Shown one piece after another: positions 40,861 through 51,206 of a stretch of DNA of 64,000 nucleotides; the stretch's first letter is position 1, and every line of letters starts with the position of its first letter. A program made the translations under genes and the position numbers. The stretch is from Candidatus Eiseniibacteriota bacterium (lineage in GTDB: Bacteria; Eisenbacteria; RBG-16-71-46; CAVPCR01), in contig CAWGMA010000001.1 of assembly GCA_963823555.1 (NCBI GenBank), positions 1,856,001 through 1,920,000 on the forward strand, read 5' to 3'. Under the pieces are notes generated by a model. That model saw only the letters and a program-made list of their open reading frames with translations, was not told the origin of the DNA and did not search any database.

Positions 40861-40889
40861 GCAGCCGCCCTCGAAACGAGGGCGGCTGC
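40861..40889. repeat. Perfect 13-bp inverted repeat in the sprA/lptF divergent region
   Basis: GCAGCCGCCCTCG-AAA-CGAGGGCGGCTGC. Confidence 0.8.
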
Positions 40890-40979
40890 GGCCGGAGCCT
40901 AAGGGATACCGAACCGCTTAAGCCAGCTGGCGCTGGGGCTGCCCCCCTCCGTCGGCGCTACCCCTTGGGAGGGAACGGT

Positions 40980-42455
40980 TTGGGCCTGCTGGAGAGGTAC
41001 ATCCTCCGAGAACACCTGGTTCCGTTTCTCATCGGGTTCTCGGTCGTGATCTTCCTCCTCTCGCTCAACTTTCTCTTCCAGTACATGGACCTGTTCATCA
41101 ACAAGCAGGTTCCGGCCCTCACCGTCCTCGAACTGTATCTGCTCGGCACAGGGTGGATGATCGCCCTCGCCGTCCCCTGCGCCTGCCTGGTCGCCTCCCT
41201 CATGACGTTCGGCCGCATGGCCCAGGACAACGAGATCACCGCCCTGCGGGCCGCAGGCGTGAACCTCCTCGCCGTGATCCGCCTCCCGGTCGCGGTCTCG
41301 ATCCTCGTCGCCATCGCGCTCACGCTGTTCAACAACCACATCCTTCCCGAGACCAACCACGCTTTCGCCAACCTGATGATCGACATCGCCAAGAAGAGGC
41401 CGGCCATCGAGATCCAGGAGGGCGTGTTCATCAACGAGTTCCCCGGCTACTCGATCCTGATCGGACGACTCGACCATGCCACGTCGCGGATGGAGAAGAT
41501 CACCATCTATGAGCTCAAACCGCGCGGCTTGCCGACGACGATCATCGCCAAGCGGGGGCGTCTCTGGTATGCCGAAGGCGGCAACACGCTGACGCTGGAA
41601 CTCGAGGATGGAGAGATCCACGAAGTGCCCGAGGGAAAGCAGGAGGGAAAGTATCGCCGGCTCGCCTTCCAGAAGCACGTGATCCACATCCAGGGGATCG
41701 CTGGCGAGATCGAACGCACGGCGCGCGAGACGCGCAGTGACCGCGAGATGTCCGCGCGGGCAATGCTGAACGAGGTCCAGTTGCTCCTCGCCCGCCGCCG
41801 CCACGTGATCGCTGATCTCGACACCACCGTGGCCAGCGCTGGCTACCCGAGTTTCGCCGATGCTCGCAAGGCCCTCAATCCGGGCGCGCAGGGGCTGCCG
41901 CGCGTTGCCCAGTGGCTTGGCGGCCTGGTCAAGGGGGGGCCCATGGACCCGCCGATGGCGGGGCCGGACTCCACCGCCAAGGAGCCTCTCCCGCCCACGG
42001 TTGCCGCCAAGGTGCAGGTGAAGGAGGTCGAGCTCAAGGCCATCAACCGGCGAATCAACTCATTCCGGGTCGAGGTCCACAAGAAGTTCGCTATCCCGGT
42101 GGCCTGTGTGATCTTCGTCCTCGTCGGCGCGCCACTCGGTATTCGTGCTCGCCGCGGGGGCGTCACGATCGGCTTTCTGTCCGTCGCCTTCTTCCTCTTC
42201 TACTACATCTGCCTCATCGGTGGGGAACAGCTCGCTGACCGCTCGATCTTGCCGCCGTGGCTCGCGATGTGGATCGCCGACATCGTGCTGGGGGCGCTGG
42301 GCGTGGTGTTCACCTTGCGTGCCACCGAAGTCTCGATGGCAGCAGAGCGGGAGTACCGCCTGGCGGCACGCGCCGGCGGTCCCCGGGCGCTGGCGGTGGC
42401 CGGGGATGCCGCCGGCGAAGCGGCTCATCCGAGCGAGAAAGCTGGCGGCGCGTGA
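40980..42455 (+). CDS. lptF: LPS export ABC permease LptF
   Basis: LERYILRE, GRMAQDNEITALRAAG, VEVHKKFAIP. TTG start after a GGAGG RBS. Confidence 0.88.
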   Translation: MGLLERYILREHLVPFLIGFSVVIFLLSLNFLFQYMDLFINKQVPALTVLELYLLGTGWMIALAVPCACLVASLMTFGRMAQDNEITALRAAGVNLLAVIRLPVAVSILVAIALTLFNNHILPETNHAFANLMIDIAKKRPAIEIQEGVFINEFPGYSILIGRLDHATSRMEKITIYELKPRGLPTTIIAKRGRLWYAEGGNTLTLELEDGEIHEVPEGKQEGKYRRLAFQKHVIHIQGIAGEIERTARETRSDREMSARAMLNEVQLLLARRRHVIADLDTTVASAGYPSFADARKALNPGAQGLPRVAQWLGGLVKGGPMDPPMAGPDSTAKEPLPPTVAAKVQVKEVELKAINRRINSFRVEVHKKFAIPVACVIFVLVGAPLGIRARRGGVTIGFLSVAFFLFYYICLIGGEQLADRSILPPWLAMWIADIVLGALGVVFTLRATEVSMAAEREYRLAARAGGPRALAVAGDAAGEAAHPSEKAGGA

Positions 42456-43522
42456 GAATCCTCGATCGCTATCTGCTCACCGAGTTCATCGCCTACCTGG
42501 CCATGGGGCTCTTCGCCTTCCTCGGCATCTTCGTCATCGTCGACGTCTTCGAGAAGATCGATACCTTCATCGACGCTCAGGCGGCGACCTCGCTCGTGCT
42601 CCGCTTCTACTGGAGCTACATCCCGGTGGTGACCGTGCAGATCCTGCCTGTCGCGGTTCTGCTCGCAGCGCTTCTTTCTCTGGGACGCTTCGCCCGCCAT
42701 CATGAGCTGACAGCCATGAGAGTGGCGGGACTGAGCCTGTTCCGCATCTACATGCCCATCATCCTGTTCGCTATCGGACTGGGCGCGGCCTCCTTCTACC
42801 TCGGCGAGGCCGTGGTCCCCGACGCCAATCTGCGACGGAAGCAGATCATGAACCAGGAGATCAAGCACAAGCCCGAGCGCACGCGGCGGCAAGACGTGCG
42901 CTACATCGGCCGCGGCGGGCGCATCTATATCATCGGCTCCTACGACGTGCCTCGTGCAACCATGCGTGATGTCGTGATCCAGGAATTCGCCGCCGGGAGA
43001 CTGGCGCGCCGCCTCGACGCGCGCCAGGCACAGTGGCTCGACGACCAATGGGAACTGCGTAGCGGTTACGAGCGCACCTTCGCCGGCGACCGCGTCGTCA
43101 CACGCCGCTTCGACCGACTGGCCCTGGCCGCTCCGGAGAAACCGGAGGACTTCGCCAAGGAGGAACGCGATCCTGAGGCCATGGGCTTCGCCGAGCTCAG
43201 GCGCTGGATCGAGCGCTTCCGCCAGTCGGGCGGTGAGGCGCGCCCATATCTTGTCGACATGCACCTGAAGCTGGCCATGCCATTCATCAATGTCATCACC
43301 GTATTGATCGGAGCGGCGCTCTCGACGCGCCTGCGCCGTGGCGGAACGGCGGTCGGCTTCGGACTGAGCCTTCTCATCAGCTTTCTGTACTACTCGCTGA
43401 TCCGGGCGTCTCAAGCCCTCGGTCACGGTGGCGCTCTCCCGCCGATCGTGGCGGCCTGGATCGCCAACCTGATCTTCGGCGCGCTCGGCATCATGATGCT
43501 GCTGCGTGCCCAGCGCGGGTGA
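42452..43522 (+). CDS. lptG: LPS export ABC permease LptG
   Basis: RILDRYL, ELTAMRVAG, HLKLAMPF, AAWIAN; GTGA overlap with lptF. Confidence 0.88.
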   Translation: MRILDRYLLTEFIAYLAMGLFAFLGIFVIVDVFEKIDTFIDAQAATSLVLRFYWSYIPVVTVQILPVAVLLAALLSLGRFARHHELTAMRVAGLSLFRIYMPIILFAIGLGAASFYLGEAVVPDANLRRKQIMNQEIKHKPERTRRQDVRYIGRGGRIYIIGSYDVPRATMRDVVIQEFAAGRLARRLDARQAQWLDDQWELRSGYERTFAGDRVVTRRFDRLALAAPEKPEDFAKEERDPEAMGFAELRRWIERFRQSGGEARPYLVDMHLKLAMPFINVITVLIGAALSTRLRRGGTAVGFGLSLLISFLYYSLIRASQALGHGGALPPIVAAWIANLIFGALGIMMLLRAQRG

Positions 43523-43526
43523 AGGC

Positions 43527-44651
43527 ATGGTTATTCGCGTGCTGAATGTCGTGGGCGCCCGGCCCAACTTCATGAAGGTCGCACCGATCGTGCGCGCCAT
43601 GGTCGAGCATCCCGGCTTCTCATCCCGTCTCGTCCACACCGGACAGCACTACGACGCGGCGATGTCGAAGGTGTTCTTCGACGACCTTGGATTGCCCGTT
43701 CCCGACCTCCATCTCGGGGTCGGCTCGGGAAGCCACGCGGTGCAGACGGCGCGCATTCTGATGGCCTCGGAGCAGGTGCTCAAGGCCGACCGTCCCGACG
43801 TGATCCTTGTGGTCGGAGATGTCAATTCGACCCTTGCCTGCGCCCTGGCGGCCGCCAAGCTCAAGATCCCGGTCGCCCATGTCGAGGCCGGCCTCCGCAG
43901 CCGGAACCTCGCCATGCCGGAGGAGCTCAACCGGCTATTGACCGATCGCCTCTCGCGCTGGTTGTTCACCCCCTCCGCCGACGCCGATGCGAACCTCGTG
44001 GCCGAGGGACACGATCCCGCGCACATCCACCGCGTGGGGAACGTGATGATCGACTCCCTGCTCCACCACCGGCGCCAGGCTCTGGCGCGCTCACCAGTAC
44101 TCGCCGAGCTGCGCGTGGCCCCGCGATCCTACGCGGTCCTCACCCTCCATCGCCCGGAGACCGTGGATCACCCCGAACGGCTGCTGGCGGCCCTGACCGC
44201 CGTGCGCCGCGTGGCCGCCGAGATCCCGGTGGTCTATCCGGTGCACCCGCGCACCCGCCGCCAGATGGACGCCATCGATCTCGATCACCACATCCGCCTG
44301 CTCGACCCTCTCGGGTACCTCGACTTCCTCGCCCTCATGGACCAAGCGCTGTTCGTCCTCACCGATTCGGGGGGCATCCAGGAGGAGACGACGGTGCTCG
44401 GAGTTCCGTGCCTGACGCTCCGCGAGGAGACCGAACGACCGATCACCGTGAGCGAGGGCACCAACACCGTCGTGGGATTGGATGCGGAATTGATTTTCGC
44501 GGAAAGCACGAAGATCATGCGCGGCGAAGGGAAGTCGGGGCGGGTGCCCGAGCTGTGGGACGGCGCCGCAGCGAAGCGGATCGTGAGCGTTCTGGCGGCG
44601 AGCGACGGGCTGGCCGGGTTCGCGTCGCGCCGCAGTGAGACCGAGCGCTAG
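43527..44651 (+). CDS. wecB: Non-hydrolysing UDP-N-acetylglucosamine 2-epimerase
   Basis: VGARPNFMK, HTGQHYD, HVEAGLRS, PEELNR, TDSGGIQEE. Confidence 0.95.
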   Translation: MVIRVLNVVGARPNFMKVAPIVRAMVEHPGFSSRLVHTGQHYDAAMSKVFFDDLGLPVPDLHLGVGSGSHAVQTARILMASEQVLKADRPDVILVVGDVNSTLACALAAAKLKIPVAHVEAGLRSRNLAMPEELNRLLTDRLSRWLFTPSADADANLVAEGHDPAHIHRVGNVMIDSLLHHRRQALARSPVLAELRVAPRSYAVLTLHRPETVDHPERLLAALTAVRRVAAEIPVVYPVHPRTRRQMDAIDLDHHIRLLDPLGYLDFLALMDQALFVLTDSGGIQEETTVLGVPCLTLREETERPITVSEGTNTVVGLDAELIFAESTKIMRGEGKSGRVPELWDGAAAKRIVSVLAASDGLAGFASRRSETER

Positions 44652-46280
44652 CGCCGGCGAGCCGTGCGCGCCAGTGCCGCGAGGGCAAGGAAGGCACGCC
44701 GCTCGCGCGTCCGGCCCCGGCCCTCCTCGGGCGCCAGGAGTCCAGCCACCGCGGGCGCAGGCACCCGGCCGCGGGTCAAGCCATCCAGGATGGGATCGGC
44801 GAAGTGGGCACCGACCTGGCGGGCCACCGCGGCACGAATGGGCGCCGGCTCCGAGAGCAGTTCGGGTGCCACCCGGAAGCGGCGGCCGCGCGCCAGATGG
44901 GCCGCCGCACTCGCCCTGAGCTGGCGTGCCCGGCGATCGACCTTGAGCTCGGCGTGCACGGGCGGAGGACCGGCGGCGGGGTCGAAGGCCACCGCCCAGG
45001 GCTCGGTCCCACTCGCGGCCAGAGGCTCGACCAGGCGCCACGCGAGCACGGCGAAGAACTCGCGCCGCACGGCCTGGAGCAGATCCGCCTCGCGGAACAG
45101 AAGGTCCGGGCGGTCCGGCTTGAGCTGCGGTTCACCCGCGCGGGCCTGCAGGAGCCCGGCCGCTGCCGCCGCGAAGTGCTCCGGATCGGCTTGTCCGACG
45201 TACACCGGCCCCTTTGGCCCCGCCACCGCCACCGCCCGCTCCTCCACTTGCCGGCGAGCAGCGATGAGGGCGGCAAATGCGACTCCACTCGACTCCAGTG
45301 CGCGCAGGAAGCGAGCCGCCCCGCGCACGTGCACTTCGATGTCCGAAAACTCCACCTCGCGGTCTGGAGTGAGGGAGAGGAGAGCAGCCAGCCGGCCTCC
45401 GATGCGGGCGATCTCCTCAGTGGGTTCGGTCATCTCCTCGTCCGCCGTATCGAGCCATGAGAGATAGGAGCGCTCGCGGGCCAGCGGCGTCGATGTGATG
45501 AGGCAGTAGTGCCCCTGGCCGAGGTCGGCTGCCGGTGTCCGCTGACTGGCGGTCAACGCCCGCAGCTGTTCATAGGTGAGCGGCAAATTCTGGTGGATCA
45601 CGACGAGGGAGTCCGCGGGCCGGCGAGCGTGGAGAAGCCCCGGTAGGTGGGGTGGGGCGAGATGAAGATCGCCGACCAGGGCCAGGTGCAGGGCCTCGGG
45701 ATGTCACAGCGCGGGACGCGGCCAGGCGATCGGCGGCGATCCGATCACGCTGCTCAAGGCTGCCGCGGCCATCGAGGGCCAAGAGGCGGATGCCAGGCTC
45801 GCGCCCGAGAGCGATCAGCGGACCGTAGTGCGCCCAGGGGAAGGGCCACAGCGCGTTGTAGCGGATGATGTTGCGCAGAGCGCTCTCGGCCACGGCCCCC
45901 GCATGAAAGGCATCGAGTGCTGGCTGGTGCTCGGTACGCACCATCTCGAGTCCGAGCACGAGCGGCCGCCGTCTGGCGAGCGCCCGGGCCAGGGTCAGCG
46001 CCGTCCGCTGGGCCGCGGGCAGCGTATGGTAATCGCCGATGATGACGAGATCGGCGGCGAGGGCAGCCTGGAACACGGCGCGCGCGGTCGTCGGCTCTCC
46101 GCTGGCTCGCATCGTGCGTTCGAACCGGCGGCGGTAGCTTCGCAGCGCATCCGCTTCGCGACCGACACGCTGGCGGATCGCGCGCTGGATGAGAGCCAGT
46201 TCCTGCTCCTCGGCGGCGCGGAGAGCAGCCGTGACATCGATGATCGTCGCCTGCGGGCTGTCGCTCTGTTCTCTACTCAT
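44648..46280 (-). pseudogene. ChaN/EreA-like domain protein with long C-terminal extension, split by a one-base frameshift near 45680-45707
   Basis: 5' ORF: IIGDYH, LGLEMV, WAHYGPL, RD. The next frame continues HPEALHLALVGDLHL...VIHQN into ORF 44648..45601. Confidence 0.65.
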
Positions 46281-46338
46281 GGCCCCAAGACCCCTCGCGC
46301 TCCTGCCTCTGACGCGCGCGCTCTGCTCGACGAGCGTC

Positions 46339-46998
46339 TCACCGCGGATGCCCACGGCGATGGCATCCGCGGGCCACTGCCGCGCGCAGGCGAGACGCGC
46401 GCTGCTCTACGTCCTCGGCCTCCGGCTCCCCGGAGAAGAGAGCACCGATGACGGCCACGCCGGCGGCTCCGGCGGCGCAGCAATCAGCGGCGGTCTCGGC
46501 ATCGATACCGCCGATCGCGACCACGGGCACCGGACTCACGCGCGCAACCCGGGCCAGACCCTCGAGCCCGATGATCGGGACCCCGGATTTGGATCCGCCC
46601 CCGTAGACCGACCCTACGCCCAGATAATCGGCACCTGCCGCTCCGGCGGCCAGCGCCGCCTCAGGCGTCCGAGCAGTGCGCCCGATCCACCCTTCAGGGC
46701 CAAGAAGCCGCCGCGCACCCTCTGGATCCAGATCTTCATCGCCGAGGTGGACGCCCCTAGCCCCGCTCAGAATCGCGACATCGACCCGGTCATTGATGAT
46801 GAGCGGAACCCCGAGCCGGGAGAGCCCGGCCGCGAGTTCCTCGGCACGGGCCAGGAGTTCGCCGCCTGGAACGCTCTTGCCCCGGAGCTGGACCAGAGTG
46901 GCCCCACCCCGTGCCGCGGCCACGGTCAGCAGCATGAGCCGATCGCGAGGGATGACCCCGAGATCCGCGATGGCGAGCAGTCTGAGGTCAAGATCCAT
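46339..46998 (-). CDS. thiE: Thiamine phosphate synthase
   Basis: VQLRGK, LIINDRVD, GVHLG, VAIGGID. Confidence 0.92.
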   Translation of the reverse strand: MDLDLRLLAIADLGVIPRDRLMLLTVAAARGGATLVQLRGKSVPGGELLARAEELAAGLSRLGVPLIINDRVDVAILSGARGVHLGDEDLDPEGARRLLGPEGWIGRTARTPEAALAAGAAGADYLGVGSVYGGGSKSGVPIIGLEGLARVARVSPVPVVAIGGIDAETAADCCAAGAAGVAVIGALFSGEPEAEDVEQRASRLRAAVARGCHRRGHPR

Positions 46999-47298
46999 GA
47001 ACGGTCCGGCCCGGACAGAGCCTGCCTCCTTGCGGTCAGGTCGTGCCTTGAACCCGGGGATGGATCGCGAGGGGCGCAGGTGGGACACGCGCTGGTACCC
47101 GCGCCGGGGCACAGCGTCTTGGTTTCCGTCCGGCCAGGGAGGCGAGAGGAACTCCTGCCGGCGGGTGCGGAGGCTAGTCCCGCGGTCCGGGCGGCGCCAG
47201 CGGAATTTGCCAGGAATCGCCAAGAATCTTCTAAGCGATTGACTATTAGCTATTTAAGTCATCTGGCGGTGCGGGGTGCCTGGCTTGGAACTGGCAAG

Positions 47299-48780
47299 CT
47301 AGCCGGCCTGCTCGCCCATGGTCGCCTGAGATGCGGCCGCGGAATCTCCCTCTGCCGCCTGGACTCCGCCTTCCCCGCCCCCTTTCCCCTCTTCACCTGG
47401 GGCCCGGGACGCCTCGCCGGCCCGGGCCGCGCCGCCCAGCCTCTCCGCCAGATCGGGGACATACCCTGTGTGCACCTCTCCACGCTGGAAGACCTCGTCA
47501 TCGAGGACGCTGAGATGGAAAGGAATCGTGGTGGCGATCCCTTCGACCACGCACTCGTTCAAGGCTCGCCGCATCCGGCGAATGGCCTCCGGGCGGCCGA
47601 GCCCATGGGCAATCACCTTGATGATCATCGAATCGTAGTTCGGCGGCACGCGGTAGCCGGAGTACGCATGCGACTCGACGCGCACTCCTGGCCCCCCCGG
47701 CGTGTGGAAGTAGGTGATGACGCCCGGGCTCGGCTGGAAATTGCGCTCGGGATCCTCGGCATTGATCCGGCACTCGATGACGTGACCGACGGGGACGACG
47801 TCCTCCTGGCGGATGGTCAGGATCTCCCCGGCGGCGATCGCGATCTGCAGCTTGACGAGGTCGATCCCGGTGAGCTCCTCGGTGACCGGATGCTCGACCT
47901 GGATCCGCGTGTTCATCTCCATGAAGTAGAAGTTCTGCTCGCTGTCGACCAGGAACTCCATGGTCCCCGCCGAGTAGTACCCCATCTCGCGCGCCCCGCG
48001 TACCGCCACCTCGCCCATCCGCTGACGGATCACCGGGTCCAGGCCCACTGCCGGAGATTCCTCGAGCAGCTTCTGATGCCGGCGCTGGATCGAGCACTCC
48101 CGCTCGTAGAGGTGGATCACATTGCCATGGCGGTCACCGAGGAGCTGAATCTCGATGTGCCGCGGGCGATCGATCAGTCGCTCGAGATAGATCTGCCCTG
48201 AACCGAACACGGCCTCGGCCTCGGCCTGCGCGACGAAGAACCCGTTGCGCAAGCTCTCCTCGTCGCGAGCGATGCGCATTCCCTTGCCGCCGCCTCCCGC
48301 CACGGCCTTGATCATGAGCGGATATCCGAGCGCGCCAGCCAGAGCCACCGCGGCCTCCACGCCGGCGACCGGGCCCTCGCTCCCGGGGACCACCGGCACG
48401 CCGGCGCGGCGCATGATCTCGCGGGCCCGGGCCTTGTCGCCCATCGAGCGGATCGCCTCCGCCGACGGGCCGATGAACGTGATGTCATGAGACTCGCAGA
48501 TCTCGGCGAAGTGAGCCTGCTCGGCCAGAAAGCCATAGCCGGGATGGATCGCGTCGCAGCTGGTGATCTCGGCCGCGCTCATGATCCGCGGCACGTTCAG
48601 ATAGCTCTCGGCCGGCGGGGGCGGTCCGATACAGACCGCCTCGTCGGCCAGGCGGACGTGAAGGGCGTCGTGGTCCGCCTCGGAGTAGACCGCCACCGTC
48701 CGGACATCCATTTCCTGACACGCGCGGATCACGCGGACCGCGATCTCTCCGCGATTGGCGACCAGGACTTTTTCGAACAC
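47299..48780 (-). CDS. accC: Acetyl-CoA carboxylase biotin carboxylase subunit
   Basis: [37 protein letters not shown]. Confidence 0.97.
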   Translation of the reverse strand: MFEKVLVANRGEIAVRVIRACQEMDVRTVAVYSEADHDALHVRLADEAVCIGPPPPAESYLNVPRIMSAAEITSCDAIHPGYGFLAEQAHFAEICESHDITFIGPSAEAIRSMGDKARAREIMRRAGVPVVPGSEGPVAGVEAAVALAGALGYPLMIKAVAGGGGKGMRIARDEESLRNGFFVAQAEAEAVFGSGQIYLERLIDRPRHIEIQLLGDRHGNVIHLYERECSIQRRHQKLLEESPAVGLDPVIRQRMGEVAVRGAREMGYYSAGTMEFLVDSEQNFYFMEMNTRIQVEHPVTEELTGIDLVKLQIAIAAGEILTIRQEDVVPVGHVIECRINAEDPERNFQPSPGVITYFHTPGGPGVRVESHAYSGYRVPPNYDSMIIKVIAHGLGRPEAIRRMRRALNECVVEGIATTIPFHLSVLDDEVFQRGEVHTGYVPDLAERLGGAARAGEASRAPGEEGKGGGEGGVQAAEGDSAAASQATMGEQAG

Positions 48781-48816
48781 CTCCCCCCCGTCTCTTCCCC
48801 CGCGGTTCGCCGCGCG

Positions 48817-49971
48817 CTAGATCTTCGTGATCCCGGCGAGCTTCTCCGGCGGCGTTCCCTTCTGGGGGCTCTCGAACTGGTCCCAGGTCTGATCCGAAGA
48901 GGCGTGGATCCCCTTCACGCGAAGATCGAACTCGGTCGGGCTCGAGCAATTGGCGAGCGCGTCCTCGAGGGTGATGACTCCCTGCGTGTAGTAGTGCATG
49001 AGGGACTGATCGAAGGTCTGCATGCCGTAGGTTGTGGTCCCTTCCTGCATGGCCTGGGCGATCATCGGGGTCTTCTCCGGATCGATGACGTAATCGGCGA
49101 TGGTCGCTGTGTTGAGCATGACCTCGACCGCCGGAACTCGCCCGGTGCCATCGGCACGCGGGATGAGCCGCTGCGAGACCACCGCCTCCAGGGTCGAGGC
49201 GAGAAGATACCGCACGGACTGGCCCATGTGGGGCGGGAAGAAGGAGAGGACGCGATTGACCGTCTCCACGGCATCGATGGTGTGGAGGGTGGAAAGCACG
49301 AGATGTCCGGTATCAGCAGCGGTGAGGGCGATTTGCATGGTCTCTGCGTCCCGGATCTCGCCGATCATGATGACATCCGGGTCCTGACGGAGGATATGGC
49401 GGAGGCCTTCGGAGAAACTCTTGGTATCGAGTCCGACCTCCCGCTGGCTCACGTAGGACAGACCGTCCGCGAAGAGGTGCTCGATCGGGTCCTCGAGCGT
49501 GATGACGTTCTTGGCCATCGTCGAGTTGACCCAGTGGATCATGGCCGCGAGCGTCGTCGACTTCCCGCTGCCGACCGTCCCCGTAACGAGGACGAGTCCG
49601 CGCGGGCGAATCGCCAGGTCCTTGAGCACCGCAGGCAGATTCAGCCCGTCGAAACTCAGATCCTGGACCCCCGAAACCCGGCGAAAGACCATGGCCAGGG
49701 TGCCGCGCTGCCGGTAGAAATTCGAGCGGAAGCGGGCAAGACCGGCAATGCCAAATGCAAAATCGATCTCGTTGGCGCTCTCGAATTCCTTGCGCTGACC
49801 AGGGGTCAGAAGCTGGTCGGCCACGGCCTCCAGCTCGCGCGCCGTGATCGGCTGCAAATCGAGGCTTCTAAGTGAGCCCTGGATTCGCAGATAGGGTGGA
49901 CTTCCGACTTTGAGATGGAGATCCGAAGCCCCCAGCTCTACCACGGTCTCCAGAACGGCACGCAGGTCCAT
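48817..49971 (-). CDS. pilT: PilT/PilU-family pilus retraction ATPase
   Basis: ASDLHL, GTVGSGKST, TLEDPIE, LRQDPDVIMIGEIRD, TGHLVLSTLH, GMQTFDQ. Confidence 0.92.
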   Translation of the reverse strand: MDLRAVLETVVELGASDLHLKVGSPPYLRIQGSLRSLDLQPITARELEAVADQLLTPGQRKEFESANEIDFAFGIAGLARFRSNFYRQRGTLAMVFRRVSGVQDLSFDGLNLPAVLKDLAIRPRGLVLVTGTVGSGKSTTLAAMIHWVNSTMAKNVITLEDPIEHLFADGLSYVSQREVGLDTKSFSEGLRHILRQDPDVIMIGEIRDAETMQIALTAADTGHLVLSTLHTIDAVETVNRVLSFFPPHMGQSVRYLLASTLEAVVSQRLIPRADGTGRVPAVEVMLNTATIADYVIDPEKTPMIAQAMQEGTTTYGMQTFDQSLMHYYTQGVITLEDALANCSSPTEFDLRVKGIHASSDQTWDQFESPQKGTPPEKLAGITKI

Positions 49972-50011
49972 GAGCTCCTCCTTCAGGCATGAATCGCCCG
50001 CGGGAAGAGCC

Positions 50012-50027
50012 TGCAACTCCAGTGCCG
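50012..50027 (-). promoter_or_regulatory. Sigma-54 (-24/-12) promoter upstream of pilT
   Basis: CGGCAC-TGGAG-TTGCA on the minus strand (GG-N10-GC), about 40 nt before an ATG with an AGGAGG RBS. Confidence 0.65.
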
Positions 50028-50113
50028 TCCGGGAACCTGGTTTCGATCAACGTGTCCCGGGATGGATCAGCCCCCCCGGACCGCGCCGGCGCTTCTCGAG
50101 AACGGGAGTGCGA

Positions 50114-50617
50114 TCAGGCCGCGGGATCGATCAGGAAGAGCACCTGACCGTACTCAATAGGCTGCTTGTTCTCGACCTTGACCGCCACGACGCGCCCGCG
50201 AACATCGGATTCGATCTCGTTCATGAGCTTCATCGCTTCGACGATGCAGACGGTCTGTCCCACCTCCACGACCTGACCCGCCTCGACGTAGGGGGCGGCA
50301 TCGGGCGCCGGCGACCGGTAGAACGTGCCGACCATGGGCGACTTGATGGCGACGAGATTGGCGTCCGGGGCCGACACGGCGGGCGCCTGCATCGGGGCAG
50401 GCACGGGCGGGGCCGCGCTCGAAACCGCAGCTGGCGCCTGCGGGGCGGAGACCATGAGGTCTCGCCCGGCCGAGCCGCCTCCATTCGTCCCGGCAGCCGG
50501 GCGCGGCGTGTTCTTGGTCAAGCGCACGCGCCCCCCCCACCATCGAGCGACTTCGATCTCGTGGAGGTCACTTTCCTCGAGCAATCGGATCAGTTTGCGG
50601 ATCTCGTCCACGTGCAT
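50114..50617 (-). CDS. accB: Biotin carboxyl carrier protein
   Basis: [17 protein letters not shown] (biotinyl Lys). Confidence 0.97.
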   Translation of the reverse strand: MHVDEIRKLIRLLEESDLHEIEVARWWGGRVRLTKNTPRPAAGTNGGGSAGRDLMVSAPQAPAAVSSAAPPVPAPMQAPAVSAPDANLVAIKSPMVGTFYRSPAPDAAPYVEAGQVVEVGQTVCIVEAMKLMNEIESDVRGRVVAVKVENKQPIEYGQVLFLIDPAA

Positions 50618-50752
50618 GGGTTCCTCGCAGGGCCGCCTATCTCGTGGGTCCCACCGCTCGGCTCCGGTGCGGCTCGCTGCCGGAGGGTAGGGCCCGATCC
50701 GCCCTCGGGCCCCAAGGCCCTCACCACCGCAAGGGGCACCGGTTCGTTTCGA

Positions 50753-51202
50753 TCATCCGTCCTGGACGGCCTGAAAGTAGTGCTTGAAGGCGCGTACGGC
50801 AAGCAGGTATCCGGCCGGCCCGAAGCCGGAAATCGTCCCCAGCGCGATGCCGCTGACCACCGACATCCGGCGGAACTCCTCGCGCCGTGCCAGGTTGGTG
50901 AGATGGACTTCGATCACCGGGAGCGCCACGGCGAGCAAGGCGTCCCGCAGCGAGATGCTGGAATGCGTGAGCCCTCCGGGATTGACGATGAAAGCATCCA
51001 CTTCCCCCCGCGCCGAGTGAATGCGATCGATAAGACCACCCTCGTGGTTGGACTGGAAGCTCTCGACGCCGATATCGAGCTCGGCGCCGAGCGAGCGCGC
51101 CTCTTCCATCGCCTGGTCCAGCGAGACGTTGCCGTAGATCTCCGGCTCCCGTGTCCCGAGCAGGTTCAGGTTGGGACCGTTCAAGATGAGGATCTTCCGC
51201 AT
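50753..51202 (-). CDS. aroQ: Type II 3-dehydroquinate dehydratase
   Basis: LNGPNLNLLGTREPEIYG, QSNHEG, EVHLTN. Confidence 0.96.
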   Translation of the reverse strand: MRKILILNGPNLNLLGTREPEIYGNVSLDQAMEEARSLGAELDIGVESFQSNHEGGLIDRIHSARGEVDAFIVNPGGLTHSSISLRDALLAVALPVIEVHLTNLARREEFRRMSVVSGIALGTISGFGPAGYLLAVRAFKHYFQAVQDG

Positions 51203-51206
51203 GGCC

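Noticed and set aside
45704..45706. TGA near the ChaN-like frameshift as selenocysteine or programmed recoding
   Set aside because: No slippery sequence or evident SECIS; a single indel explains it.
47010..47180. Firm 6S RNA or TPP riboswitch call upstream of thiE
   Set aside because: The TPP core is absent, and the 6S resemblance is limited to short words without the usual zapA/ygfA/rny context. Kept only as an unassigned finding.
46189..49875. + strand ORFs of 670 and 462 aa
   Set aside because: Antisense to thiE, accC and pilT.
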